Positions 26,821-35,607 of a stretch of DNA of 64,000 nucleotides are shown here, piece after piece. The stretch comes from a virus. The translations under genes were made by a program, and so were the position numbers. The stretch is from positions 64,001 to 128,000 of the IMG/VR virus record IMGVR_UViG_3300037231_000119. One strand, given 5' to 3'. Numbering within the stretch: the stretch's first letter is position 1; every line of letters begins with the position of its first letter. The notes below the pieces were generated by a model that ran no database searches, was not told the DNA's origin, and saw only the letters and a program-made list of their open reading frames with translations.

Positions 26821-26824
26821 AGGT

Positions 26825-26998
26825 ATGAGAGTTTCTGCAAATGCGCAACCGGGCTAAACAACGTTCTTTCAGTAACGTGCGCGATGTCGAAAGGGCTGCT
26901 TTGAAAGAAGTAGAGGACTGTCGATTTACGACAGCGTGAGCTTTGCCGTTATGCCTGCAAAATCATGGGCCTTAGTAGGACTTAGTGGAAACTCTCAT
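26825..26998 (+). ncRNA. Candidate structured non-coding RNA (~175 nt), family unknown
   Basis: Ends pair perfectly over 11 bp (ATGAGAGTTTC/GAAACTCTCAT); internal stems TTCTTTCAG/TTGAAAGAA, CTGTCG/CGACAG, TTTGC/GCAAA, GCGCA/TGCGC; own promoter. Confidence 0.55.
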
Positions 26999-27007
26999 TT
27001 CAAATTT

Positions 27008-27253
27008 ATGAATAGTCCAAAACCATATAGAGTAGCCGAAATAGCTTACGACCCATCCAATCCAGATTTCCCCTGGTATGTGCGTCGAAGCGGAACTATC
27101 GCCGAACAGGGCGGATTGGGATGGGGCTACGAATCCCTATCTTTTGAGACCATCGAAGCCGCATGCGAAGATTTGGCCCAAATGATCACCGAAGATTTAG
27201 ATGCGATTAAGGCCAATATTGAGAAAAGGGAACTGTCTGGAGAGACCGGATAG
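27008..27253 (+). CDS. Hypothetical protein (start revised to ATG 27008)
   Basis: The supplied GTG start would overlap the candidate RNA. Confidence 0.55.
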   Translation: MNSPKPYRVAEIAYDPSNPDFPWYVRRSGTIAEQGGLGWGYESLSFETIEAACEDLAQMITEDLDAIKANIEKRELSGETG

Positions 27254-27254
27254 T

Positions 27255-27851
27255 TCAGGGATTGAAATATCTATATGCTATTACTGGAGCGCAGTCGTTG
27301 TGAACCCAGTTTCCACCTGGCATTTTCTCCATCCTGATCTGCCACTCCTCCAACTTTGACTCCAACCGACTTCTTACATCGTCACAATTAAGCCCACTCG
27401 CGTCGTAATCTGTAGCTAACCCTATCTTATGGGCTGAATTTTTAGCCCCTTTAACCAAGGCATTGTAGTCTTGGCCATTATGCTCAGATTCCGGATTATT
27501 CAAAATTGGCCTGATCCAACAATGGATATTTATGGGGACATTCAAAAAATCCCTAATAAGGTCCATCTTAGAGGCCTGCCTTAAAATATTCTGTTTTTCT
27601 TCTTCAGATGGTATATGCATTACTTTCCAAGATGGAAGCCAGCAGGTCTCTTTTACACTAAAGTGTTTACTCACCATGGAATCCCCATTAGTCCAATCAA
27701 TGTACGGTGGAACTCCAACATCCGGCACGGATTCCACCTTTGGAGCCTCAACTGTCGCCCCATCAAAAGGAATCTGGGCCTTAATCTCCGCCACTGGTTT
27801 TTTGCCCAAAAGACCAATAACAAATTCTGCCAAAGTGCTTAAAAAATCCAT
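27255..27851 (-). CDS. Peptidase M15-family endolysin
   Basis: HFSVKE..IRDFL..PINI..IRP..YN..V.GAKNSAHKIGLATD..WVH.D; variant late motif GAATCTTAT at 27883-27891. Confidence 0.8.
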   Translation of the reverse strand: MDFLSTLAEFVIGLLGKKPVAEIKAQIPFDGATVEAPKVESVPDVGVPPYIDWTNGDSMVSKHFSVKETCWLPSWKVMHIPSEEEKQNILRQASKMDLIRDFLNVPINIHCWIRPILNNPESEHNGQDYNALVKGAKNSAHKIGLATDYDASGLNCDDVRSRLESKLEEWQIRMEKMPGGNWVHNDCAPVIAYRYFNP

Positions 27852-27895
27852 AAAGACCTCTTGATATTTTGCCCTGTCTAATATAAGATTCTCGC

Positions 27896-28219
27896 ATGAG
27901 ACTTAAGATCAATATCGGGTCTACGGACACCAAGACTATCACCTGGAATAGTCGGATGGATGATTTCCCTAAAATTTTTAAGTACTTCGGTAAGCCCTAT
28001 GAATGGTTTTATTATGATAAGGATCTCACGGGCCAAGTGGATATGATCCTTCATTTTGCTGAACTTGCTAGCTATGACCCTAATTTTTACGCCGATTCGC
28101 CACATTGGCACGAAATTTTCCTAGTAAACAGTGAAATTGACTTGTGCGAATGTGGTGCAAAATTCTCTAGCTTTTCTTGGGATCATATGAGATATTGTCC
28201 TTACTGGAGTAAATGGTAG
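27896..28219 (+). CDS. Hypothetical protein with C-terminal CECG..H..CP.W Zn motif
   Basis: ORF in a tightly packed plus-strand run. Confidence 0.6.
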   Translation: MRLKINIGSTDTKTITWNSRMDDFPKIFKYFGKPYEWFYYDKDLTGQVDMILHFAELASYDPNFYADSPHWHEIFLVNSEIDLCECGAKFSSFSWDHMRYCPYWSKW

Positions 28220-28223
28220 AAAT

Positions 28224-28442
28224 ATGATTGATTCAGAAGAAGATAAATATCTATTCGTCACAATAGCAACGGCCGCTTTCGTTGGGACTTGTTTGAGATG
28301 TAAACAGCCTACTACTGGAAGTTACGATTCGGATTACGACGCTTATTTAAGAATGGAATGCGTGAATTGTGGCTTTAAGCAGCACTTGCTTATGGACGAT
28401 GGCGACAATGGATTAGAGCTGTTGTTGACATCTTCAGGATAA
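28224..28442 (+). CDS. Small zinc-ribbon protein
   Basis: CLRC..CVNC. Confidence 0.6.
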   Translation: MIDSEEDKYLFVTIATAAFVGTCLRCKQPTTGSYDSDYDAYLRMECVNCGFKQHLLMDDGDNGLELLLTSSG

Positions 28443-28446
28443 AAAT

Positions 28447-28776
28447 ATGGCCAAAAAGAAACCCCAACTACTATCTGATGAGGCCTATGCCGCCCTAATA
28501 CTAGAGGCTACGAGGCCTAAGGCCGATAAAGAGAAGAAATTCATTAATCTAGGTTGGAAACTTATGGAAGCTAAGTTCCAGTATTACAAGTTGGATGCAC
28601 CTCTTCTCGAGGACTACCAATACGACCTACTCGAGAGAGAATACGACTCCCTAGCTAAAGAACTTGGGGTAGTGCCTACCGCGACCGATATGGTTGGATT
28701 TGACCAAGTTAGATCTAGTGGAGTCCTAGTGGCCGATAAGATTCAGCAAAGAGATCCCCCAAAGGAGCCCGTATGA
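28447..28776 (+). CDS. Stand-alone NAD+-dependent DNA ligase subdomain Ia-like protein
   Basis: QYYKLDAPLLEDYQYDLLERE..L matches the LigA YY..D.P...D.EYD motif; no ligase catalytic domain. Confidence 0.7.
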   Translation: MAKKKPQLLSDEAYAALILEATRPKADKEKKFINLGWKLMEAKFQYYKLDAPLLEDYQYDLLEREYDSLAKELGVVPTATDMVGFDQVRSSGVLVADKIQQRDPPKEPV

Positions 28777-29057
28777 CCAATAAGATTCCTACGTATACCT
28801 TTAAGTTCGATGGGACAGTTTATTTCTTCCATTCTCTTTCAGGAGTTCGCTATTACTCGAGGAGAGTTTGGTGGAAGCCATGGAGAAAGCTGTGGTTCGT
28901 TGAGATGAGCCTATTCAATATCTTCAATTTTCCTAGCGCTCTTTGTGACGGCAGTTACAAATTTATATCTCACGGTCTAAAGACAGAAGGGGAGGCTAAA
29001 GTAGCCTCAGATAGCACTCGCGATACAATTTTGGAATTAATGAGGAGACAAAAATGA
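28773..29057 (+). CDS. Hypothetical protein
   Basis: ATGA coupling, SD GGAG. Confidence 0.6.
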   Translation: MTNKIPTYTFKFDGTVYFFHSLSGVRYYSRRVWWKPWRKLWFVEMSLFNIFNFPSALCDGSYKFISHGLKTEGEAKVASDSTRDTILELMRRQK

Positions 29058-29230
29058 ACGACTCCTTCCCCAAATACGTCCTCACCTTCTTAGCCCTAAT
29101 TTACTTGCTTTCTGGAGTAGCCGAAGTTATTATGGTTAAGGGTGGAACTGAAGCGGTATTTGAATCAGTCAAAACCTTAGTTCCACATATCTCGATGTTT
29201 TTATTGGGATTTTATTTCTCTAAGAAGTGA
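29054..29230 (+). CDS. Small 2-TM membrane protein (holin-like), 58 aa
   Basis: Hand-translated MNDSFPKYVLTFLALIYLLSGV...ISMFLLGFYFSKK; SD GAGGAG; below the track cutoff. Confidence 0.6.
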   Translation: MNDSFPKYVLTFLALIYLLSGVAEVIMVKGGTEAVFESVKTLVPHISMFLLGFYFSKK

Positions 29231-29430
29231 GTATGAATAATCTCAACCCTCCAACCAAATCAATAGACATCTCTACTCAGGAAGGCCTAGATCTACTTAG
29301 GATAAAGGCTAAGTATTATGGACACTACGCGGAATTCTTAAAGGTAGTTGAATTAATAGATGAAATTGAATCCCTAAGAGCGGATCCAGAATTAGCTTTA
29401 CACGAAGCAAACAAATTGTTAGGATGGTAA
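29227..29430 (+). CDS. Hypothetical protein
   Basis: Coupled ORF. Confidence 0.5.
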   Translation: MSMNNLNPPTKSIDISTQEGLDLLRIKAKYYGHYAEFLKVVELIDEIESLRADPELALHEANKLLGW

Positions 29431-29891
29431 ATATGGGTGACTATACCGGTTTTCAAATTAAAGTTCTTCTTAAGCCAGATACTCCAATGGAGGTTATCAA
29501 TGTGCTCCGCTGTTGGACAATGCAAGCCGACAATCTGCCCTCAGAAATATCTATTTGCGCAGATCTCGTAAACATAATTGACAGGGCTTCCGTATTGTCT
29601 ATGCAAAGTGCGTACCAAGAAGAGTACAGAAAAGATCAACCCGATGTTGAGGAACGTTTTGCAAAATTCGGAGATTATTGGCTCTTAAATACCAGCAGCG
29701 GTCCTAAATGGGGCACAGGAATACCAGAATTTCTGGAGTATATTTGGCCTTTTGTAGACCAATCGGAATACGGCAAAGAAGTGGCGAACTATAAGTCTGA
29801 ATATACGAACAATAAAACGTGGGTTCGTTTTACGGCCTCCGGACATAATGAAAGACAGGATACTTGTAATGAAGAGGATGATTGGTACTAA
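29424..29891 (+). CDS. Hypothetical phage protein
   Basis: MGDYT..LKPDTP.EVI..L and I.EFL..I.PF pattern. Confidence 0.65.
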   Translation: MVNMGDYTGFQIKVLLKPDTPMEVINVLRCWTMQADNLPSEISICADLVNIIDRASVLSMQSAYQEEYRKDQPDVEERFAKFGDYWLLNTSSGPKWGTGIPEFLEYIWPFVDQSEYGKEVANYKSEYTNNKTWVRFTASGHNERQDTCNEEDDWY

Positions 29892-30367
29892 TTATGAAAA
29901 AAACTAAAAAAGAAGAACTTACTCTAACCAAAACTCAGCTCTCCCACCTAATAGATTCCACTGTTAGGAATCTGAACTCCCTCCAAAGCTATGAGACCAA
30001 GAAGGGCAACTACAAATTCCTTCTAATGCCAGACCCAATGTGGGAAGATGGCTGTGTTCCTGCAAATCAACCTCCTGAGACCGATGAGGAGACTTGGGAT
30101 ATCGGATTGGTCCATGGAGTTTTTGAGCTTTACGATTTCTTTGCAAATATAGGGTCTATGAGAGCGGAAACTCCTGGAGGAGACACCTTTTTCAGATTTT
30201 TCGAAACCGTAGAAATCAATAGTAAGAACGTTGGGGCTTTCGTGAAGGCCCTATCTGAAATCGATGAAGTCTGGGCTCAAAGCGATATGGAGATGGAACA
30301 GGAAGAGGATTTGAAGAGTAAGACTGAGGGTAAGAACTTGGTCGATGGGAACGATACGGTGAATTAG
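29882..30367 (+). CDS. Hypothetical acidic protein
   Basis: ORF in the plus-strand run; start may be 29894. Confidence 0.6.
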   Translation: MVLIMKKTKKEELTLTKTQLSHLIDSTVRNLNSLQSYETKKGNYKFLLMPDPMWEDGCVPANQPPETDEETWDIGLVHGVFELYDFFANIGSMRAETPGGDTFFRFFETVEINSKNVGAFVKALSEIDEVWAQSDMEMEQEEDLKSKTEGKNLVDGNDTVN

Positions 30368-30376
30368 ATATTGACT

Positions 30377-30386
30377 CCAATCTTAT
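30377..30386 (+). promoter_or_regulatory. Putative late promoter CCAATCTTAT
   Basis: Exact motif ahead of a two-gene membrane module. Confidence 0.65.
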
Positions 30387-30405
30387 TATCTGATACAACT
30401 TATAT

Positions 30406-30588
30406 ATGGGTCTTTTAAGTAAAAGATTTGCCTCCTGGCTACACGAAGTATCGGTATTGACTTGTGTTTTCGGTATCTTAGAGGGACATCTAAATCCACA
30501 ATACAGTGTGAAATGGTATTGGCCAGTAGTATTTTTGGTAACAATAATGTCTTTTCTAGGAAGCATTATCATGGACAATCGGGAGTAA
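30406..30588 (+). CDS. Small 2-TM membrane protein, paralog of 46353..46544
   Basis: E.SVL..VFG.L core and terminal (D/E)NR shared. Confidence 0.65.
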   Translation: MGLLSKRFASWLHEVSVLTCVFGILEGHLNPQYSVKWYWPVVFLVTIMSFLGSIIMDNRE

Positions 30589-30591
30589 AAT

Positions 30592-30687
30592 ATGGAATTA
30601 GCTTATTTTGTTGGAACTGTAGCCGTAATGATCGTGTCTGGGATAGTCGTCACCAGTCCTAAGAAAAAGGTAAATAACGGGCCCTAA
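30592..30687 (+). CDS. 31-aa single-TM peptide MELAYFVGTVAVMIVSGIVVTSPKKKVNNGP
   Basis: SD GGGAG; positional and compositional counterpart of 46553..46666. Confidence 0.6.
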   Translation: MELAYFVGTVAVMIVSGIVVTSPKKKVNNGP

Positions 30688-31451
30688 TCCAATCCGCGCT
30701 GAGCCCTATATTCATCGTGTCCAAGCTTGACGAACGATACGTAGCCAGCCTTAAAGCCCCAATCGGAACTTAACATTGTTAAGGAACATCTACAGAATGG
30801 GTGATTTCCGCAAGCGGAGGGTCTATCTTCCCCACGTTTGTGCCAACCCATTGAAAGCTCCGACATCTTAAATACTCGTGGTGTAATTCCGTCTTCCAAT
30901 AGATGAAGCCTCTTACATTCCGAACATAGGCTACCATCCCTAACCACAATAAAGAATACGGTCGGATCTTCAATTCCAGCATTCCCAGACTTATTCGAGA
31001 TATCCATCACGTGACCAAAATTCCGAGTTTTGGTAGTTTCAGCTTCAGCTATTAGCTTCATGTGGCCGCGAGCTTTTTCCATTTCGTTAGAAATCAACTC
31101 GTTTACCTGTGATGATGAGACTTGTTCACCCTTAAGCTTGGACTCCTTAACTAGGGCATCGATAGATTCAACCACATTGGAAGAGGTCTTGTGTTTCAGG
31201 CTTTCAATATACCCAAAGGATGAGGTTAAGATACTTAAAAGAACATCGCGCTCAAAATGATTAGGCTCCCTGTTTGATAGGGCTTGGATGAAGATGTGGG
31301 CCAAACTAAACTTAGGCTGCGAACCAAAAAACTCCATCTTCTTATTACGGAGCTTCGGGATATTGCCCAATAGATGGTATGCGAGTCTATCGAACATGGT
31401 CGAGACTGCTATAGAGATCGATTCTTTTCCGCTGGAGCTTATGCCGTACAT
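30684..31451 (-). CDS. MuF-like minor head protein
   Basis: IAEAET..G, CSECKRLHL, PRVFKMSEL, HPFCRCSL; near the portal. Confidence 0.8.
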   Translation of the reverse strand: MYGISSSGKESISIAVSTMFDRLAYHLLGNIPKLRNKKMEFFGSQPKFSLAHIFIQALSNREPNHFERDVLLSILTSSFGYIESLKHKTSSNVVESIDALVKESKLKGEQVSSSQVNELISNEMEKARGHMKLIAEAETTKTRNFGHVMDISNKSGNAGIEDPTVFFIVVRDGSLCSECKRLHLLEDGITPRVFKMSELSMGWHKRGEDRPSACGNHPFCRCSLTMLSSDWGFKAGYVSFVKLGHDEYRAQRGLD

Positions 31452-32155
31452 CTTTTCTCCAGATCTTTAATGGTTTTAGCTACATGATCATGATGCCAAA
31501 GCGGTTGCAGATTCGTGTAATGGCACGCAATAAGAAGTTGGTCCCTATTCGTTAAATCAAATAGGCATAGAGCTTCTTTATGATCTATTTCCCATTTTCC
31601 AGGCCCATTACCGTAATTATCCCAAGACATAATTTCTCCCGTTAGGCTATTTGGGTAAAACATCGATTCCAAATATGTAATCAGCCCTTCCACACTGCAA
31701 CCCAAATCCCTCACATGTGATCCGACTTTACGAGAAGGGTCTTTCAATATCCCCCACAACCTATGTCTCAAATTGTTGGCCACCCTAAAACTGGGATCTT
31801 TCCTGCTTCTATTTTTATAATATTCTCTAGAAGTTTTCTTTATTTGTTCCTTATTTTCTAGCCGATATTTTTCTATATATATGGAGTACTTATCCTTGTT
31901 TGCTATCCTACCCCTCTTTTGAGTTTCTCGGGCCTTAGGAGTACTACTATTCTTGCGTAGATTTTCTTTCCCTTTAGGGGTCTGATGGTACGCCTTTTTA
32001 CTTTTTGCTATTTTTTCTTTGTTGTCAGCCACATATTTACTGTCCCGTACAATTCTGCAACTCTTACAAACATAGCCACGTCCATCTCTAGACTTCCTGT
32101 CTATTACAAAGTCCAAGAGAGGAAATTCTTTTTTGCAGTGGCTACAATTTTTCAT
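31439..32155 (-). CDS. HNH-type homing endonuclease
   Basis: KNCSHCK..CKSC; LGCS..L..YLE..MSWDNYG..WEIDH..HYTNLQPLW. Confidence 0.8.
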   Translation of the reverse strand: MKNCSHCKKEFPLLDFVIDRKSRDGRGYVCKSCRIVRDSKYVADNKEKIAKSKKAYHQTPKGKENLRKNSSTPKARETQKRGRIANKDKYSIYIEKYRLENKEQIKKTSREYYKNRSRKDPSFRVANNLRHRLWGILKDPSRKVGSHVRDLGCSVEGLITYLESMFYPNSLTGEIMSWDNYGNGPGKWEIDHKEALCLFDLTNRDQLLIACHYTNLQPLWHHDHVAKTIKDLEKRCTA

Positions 32156-32163
32156 ACCGCTTC

Positions 32164-32769
32164 TCAGTTTTTAAGAAGCTGTTCAAAATTCAACGTTTTC
32201 GTTATGGATTCGGAGGTCTTCTGTTCTTCCTCTGCCATCGATTTTAAAAGATCGGCGACGATCTGTTCCTGCATATTGAGAGCTTTTTTGCCAGATTCAC
32301 TTAGGTTCTTAGTAGCCGTTTTGCCCAAGGTGAACTTAGGTTGCATGGCCTTTTGAATTGACTTTAAAGTCATTTCAGATACTTTATGGTCATGGGCCTT
32401 TTTGAGGTTAGACTGGAAGGATTTAATACCGTCCAGGGACTTTTTGAGGTTCATGTATTCCAGAGAGCCGGTTTCGGTCTTACCAAGCATGGATTCGAGT
32501 TGTGAGATGTGGGAGTCCAATTCTGATCCATTTGGAGACTCTTGTCCTGGCATTTGACCTTCTTGGGAAGGATCCGCATTAGGGTCTTGTCCGGGTTGCC
32601 CTGCCATAGCGGCTTGCTGTGCCTGTGCGTCAGCCTGTTGTTGCTGAGCCTGTTGAACTTGTGCCGATTGGAGGCCATTTTCGTAACCCAATCTAAATGA
32701 AACGTCCAAACAGTCCTGAAAACGAACTTTCAAATCTTGGTATTTTAACTTCCAGTCCTGATTCTTCAT
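32164..32769 (-). CDS. Putative head-assembly protein (Gln-rich)
   Basis: Between portal and MuF; LKKSL, LKKAH, IQKAM, LLKSM motifs. Confidence 0.6.
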   Translation of the reverse strand: MKNQDWKLKYQDLKVRFQDCLDVSFRLGYENGLQSAQVQQAQQQQADAQAQQAAMAGQPGQDPNADPSQEGQMPGQESPNGSELDSHISQLESMLGKTETGSLEYMNLKKSLDGIKSFQSNLKKAHDHKVSEMTLKSIQKAMQPKFTLGKTATKNLSESGKKALNMQEQIVADLLKSMAEEEQKTSESITKTLNFEQLLKN

Positions 32770-32771
32770 AA

Positions 32772-33785
32772 TTATGCTACCTTATCGTTTTCATGCAATG
32801 GATTTGTGATATTTAAAAACTCTAAACATCTCTGTACACAGTCTTCCTTATTTGCTTTCCACTCTTTTTCCGTAATATGTAAAATCTGAATTCCTTTAGT
32901 CTCAAACCACTTATCTTTTAAATCATGGTAATTACGAATATCTTCGTCGGGCCAATGTTTTCTGCCTCTCTTAAGACCTTTGAAAGAGTGATGATAGGTT
33001 CCATCAAATTCAATCCCCTTCATTAGTAGACCACTAAAAATATCTATGTCAAACCCGTGAATATGTGGCCTACCTTCAATTTTAACTTTCATGTCTCTAA
33101 TGGATCGAACATCGGAGCAATACGATTTAACTCTAGATAAAAGTTCTTTCTCAAAAGAGGATATTCCTCCCGATCTCCTCATATGGGAACATAAGAGATC
33201 TAAAAAAATCCGACCTCTTTTGCTAGCGGCTTGATAGGCGCTTGGATCCATTTCTCTAAAATTTCCCCTGCTTGTATATTTAAGTGCTTCCACAGAGATT
33301 TCCTCGTCTAGCCACATTTCTCTGAGAGAGGGCCCCATATGAATAAAAAATTTACTTCCCTTTCTAAGGGCGGCCCTATATTGTCCAGGACTCCCGGCCA
33401 AAAAATCGTAACGGGAGGTGTATTTTTTAGATTCCTCCCCCACTTCTTCGTCCGTATACGGTCTCCACAATACGTCCATATGGCTACAAATATTGCTTAG
33501 GAAGTCTCCACCCTTTCTCCAAGCGGCCTCGTACGCTAAAGAATTGTTTTTCACAAAATCTTTTCTTGAGGCGTATTTAAGCGCCTCAGCGGCCATTTCT
33601 TCTTCCGACCAAGCTATATTGTGGGAGGGGGCCATATGACCACAAATCTTATCCAGAAAAGCTCTTCCCTTTCTTTTCGCAGCATTGTACGCATTGCGAT
33701 TACCCAATCGAAATTCTTGTCTTTTTGAATAAGGATTCGCAGCTACTTGAAGTAGGTCATCGGTCCAAATAAATCTTTTACTCAT
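32772..33785 (-). CDS. Homing-endonuclease-like protein, paralog of 16641..17648 (start revised to 33785)
   Basis: Same helical repeats; KVKIEGRPHIHGFDIDI..GIEFDGTYHHSFKGLKRGRKHWPDED. Confidence 0.75.
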   Translation of the reverse strand: MSKRFIWTDDLLQVAANPYSKRQEFRLGNRNAYNAAKRKGRAFLDKICGHMAPSHNIAWSEEEMAAEALKYASRKDFVKNNSLAYEAAWRKGGDFLSNICSHMDVLWRPYTDEEVGEESKKYTSRYDFLAGSPGQYRAALRKGSKFFIHMGPSLREMWLDEEISVEALKYTSRGNFREMDPSAYQAASKRGRIFLDLLCSHMRRSGGISSFEKELLSRVKSYCSDVRSIRDMKVKIEGRPHIHGFDIDIFSGLLMKGIEFDGTYHHSFKGLKRGRKHWPDEDIRNYHDLKDKWFETKGIQILHITEKEWKANKEDCVQRCLEFLNITNPLHENDKVA

Positions 33786-35604
33786 CTGCTTCCTCATCTT
33801 CACAAAGCATATCATCAACTTCCATGTGAAGCAAGTCCATAGCGTGTGGACGTGGGGCGAACATTGCAAGAAGAGTATTGGGGGCTGTTGTTGCCATAAG
33901 TTGGTAGAATTGCAAGCTAAAAGGATCACGCTTAAACCTGAGCATCGGGTCTACGAAAGCAGCAGGGCTATTAAAAAATCTTCCCTTGACCTGTCCCACA
34001 TCTAAATATTTGTCCCAAATTAACTGGAGTCTTTCTGAAAACTGCACTTCCCCGCCCATTGCAATACCAATAGGATCCTTATCTACATGCTGAAGAACCT
34101 CATCCATCGTCATATGCGTTGGCATATTTTGCTGAAGCTGAGTAGATTCCTGTTCTTTGCTTTCAGCGTCCAGACCAGCAAATTTCAACACGACCATTTT
34201 AGATAAGATCGGATCGATGATCGGAATTAGACGCTGATTAAAGAAAGTTTCGAAATGAAGTAGAAGTGGAACGAGACCTGAATCTCTAGCGGCTTCCATT
34301 TTGAATTCGTTGTTTGACTCACTCAACGTTTGCGAGTTTGAGCCCTTACTTAAATGTCCGTAGCCAGGAATTTCATCAGGGCTCATTTGGAATGTAGCTA
34401 GAATATTTCTCGCCAGTTGGTCGTAAACATAAGTGAAGCTGTCATCTGCGCGATCGTTAGCGAATGACAACCACTTAATGTCTTCCGTGGGAGAAATGCC
34501 CATCAAAGGGGTACGAAAAGAATTCTGAACACCATTAATTGACGCTTGGAATTCCTGTCTGAATTTTTCAAGAGTGGGGGAATCAACATCATCACTCTTA
34601 ATAACTAATGCCCCACGAGTGGCTCGTCCATTTTGAAAATATAGACGCATCCACGTATCAATACTTATGTGTGATGTGATACTCGAAATAGCAGTTTCTA
34701 TTGGTGGAATAGGATATCCATTTTTTTCCACGTCCGTAGACGGGTAGAAAATGTGCATCAGAAGTTCCTTATGGGTAAAATACTGCTTAGCAATTCCCTC
34801 TACCTGCTGGCACCAAGCATACTTGTCTTCTCTGAGCTTGTCGTAGTCAATTTTGATTTTATCGCCAGTGATGCGCTCAAGTTCTTTAATGGCTAAAATA
34901 CGACTATTGGTTCCTGCACTTTCACCATTTCGTACCGTTTTGTAGATGGTTCCAGAGTCAATCGGCCTAAAACGGTTGAATGGGAATTCCCCGTCCTTAT
35001 CTGGATCGGATTCACGATCATAAATGATTTCAGTGCCCATCCAACCAAAAGTGCAGGCGTTCTCTACCTGTGTACTTAGATATTGACTAAGGGTCATCTT
35101 CTGTTGATTTTCAAGACCCTCTGTATGACCGCAGTTCAGCAAAACGGTCTCTAGCCGCTTAATTCTTTCCACTACTTTTTCGTACTGTTCGGTATTAAGA
35201 AGTTTCATGAATTCCGGCAGGATTTCAATCGACATTCCCTTGTCGAATCGGTCAGCACGCTTCTTACCAAATTGACTAAGCTGTCCGCCACGAGTACGGA
35301 GGATGGCAGCAATCAAATGATCCTGGGTTCGGACCATCTTCAAAATACTATCTGGGATCTCATTTCTTTTAGCCTTAACAACGCCCGCATAAGCATCATT
35401 ATAATTCGGGCTCTCCATAAAGGTAAGAGCGGGAGCACGTTCCGTAGCCTTACCGGTCGCGTCATTCAATGCTTTTTGGAGCGGAGCAAGATCCATCTTG
35501 TTCTTATTTAGTTCTTCTAGAGGCCCCATCTTGGACGACTCAGAAAGAGTCAAAGACATCTTGCTGGGCTTAATGGCAGATTTAGGCTTTGTGTCATCAG
35601 TCAT
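33778..35604 (-). CDS. Portal protein
   Basis: RFRPIDSGTI, GYPIPPIE, YFQNGRATRGAL, ILATFQMSPDEI, RDSGLVPLL. Confidence 0.9.
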   Translation of the reverse strand: MTDDTKPKSAIKPSKMSLTLSESSKMGPLEELNKNKMDLAPLQKALNDATGKATERAPALTFMESPNYNDAYAGVVKAKRNEIPDSILKMVRTQDHLIAAILRTRGGQLSQFGKKRADRFDKGMSIEILPEFMKLLNTEQYEKVVERIKRLETVLLNCGHTEGLENQQKMTLSQYLSTQVENACTFGWMGTEIIYDRESDPDKDGEFPFNRFRPIDSGTIYKTVRNGESAGTNSRILAIKELERITGDKIKIDYDKLREDKYAWCQQVEGIAKQYFTHKELLMHIFYPSTDVEKNGYPIPPIETAISSITSHISIDTWMRLYFQNGRATRGALVIKSDDVDSPTLEKFRQEFQASINGVQNSFRTPLMGISPTEDIKWLSFANDRADDSFTYVYDQLARNILATFQMSPDEIPGYGHLSKGSNSQTLSESNNEFKMEAARDSGLVPLLLHFETFFNQRLIPIIDPILSKMVVLKFAGLDAESKEQESTQLQQNMPTHMTMDEVLQHVDKDPIGIAMGGEVQFSERLQLIWDKYLDVGQVKGRFFNSPAAFVDPMLRFKRDPFSLQFYQLMATTAPNTLLAMFAPRPHAMDLLHMEVDDMLCEDEEADE

Positions 35605-35607
35605 AGA

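Noticed and set aside
33786-33929. N-terminal extension of the 32772 endonuclease ORF
   Set aside because: Overlaps the portal coding region; the paralog at 16641 supports the MSKRFIW start at 33785.
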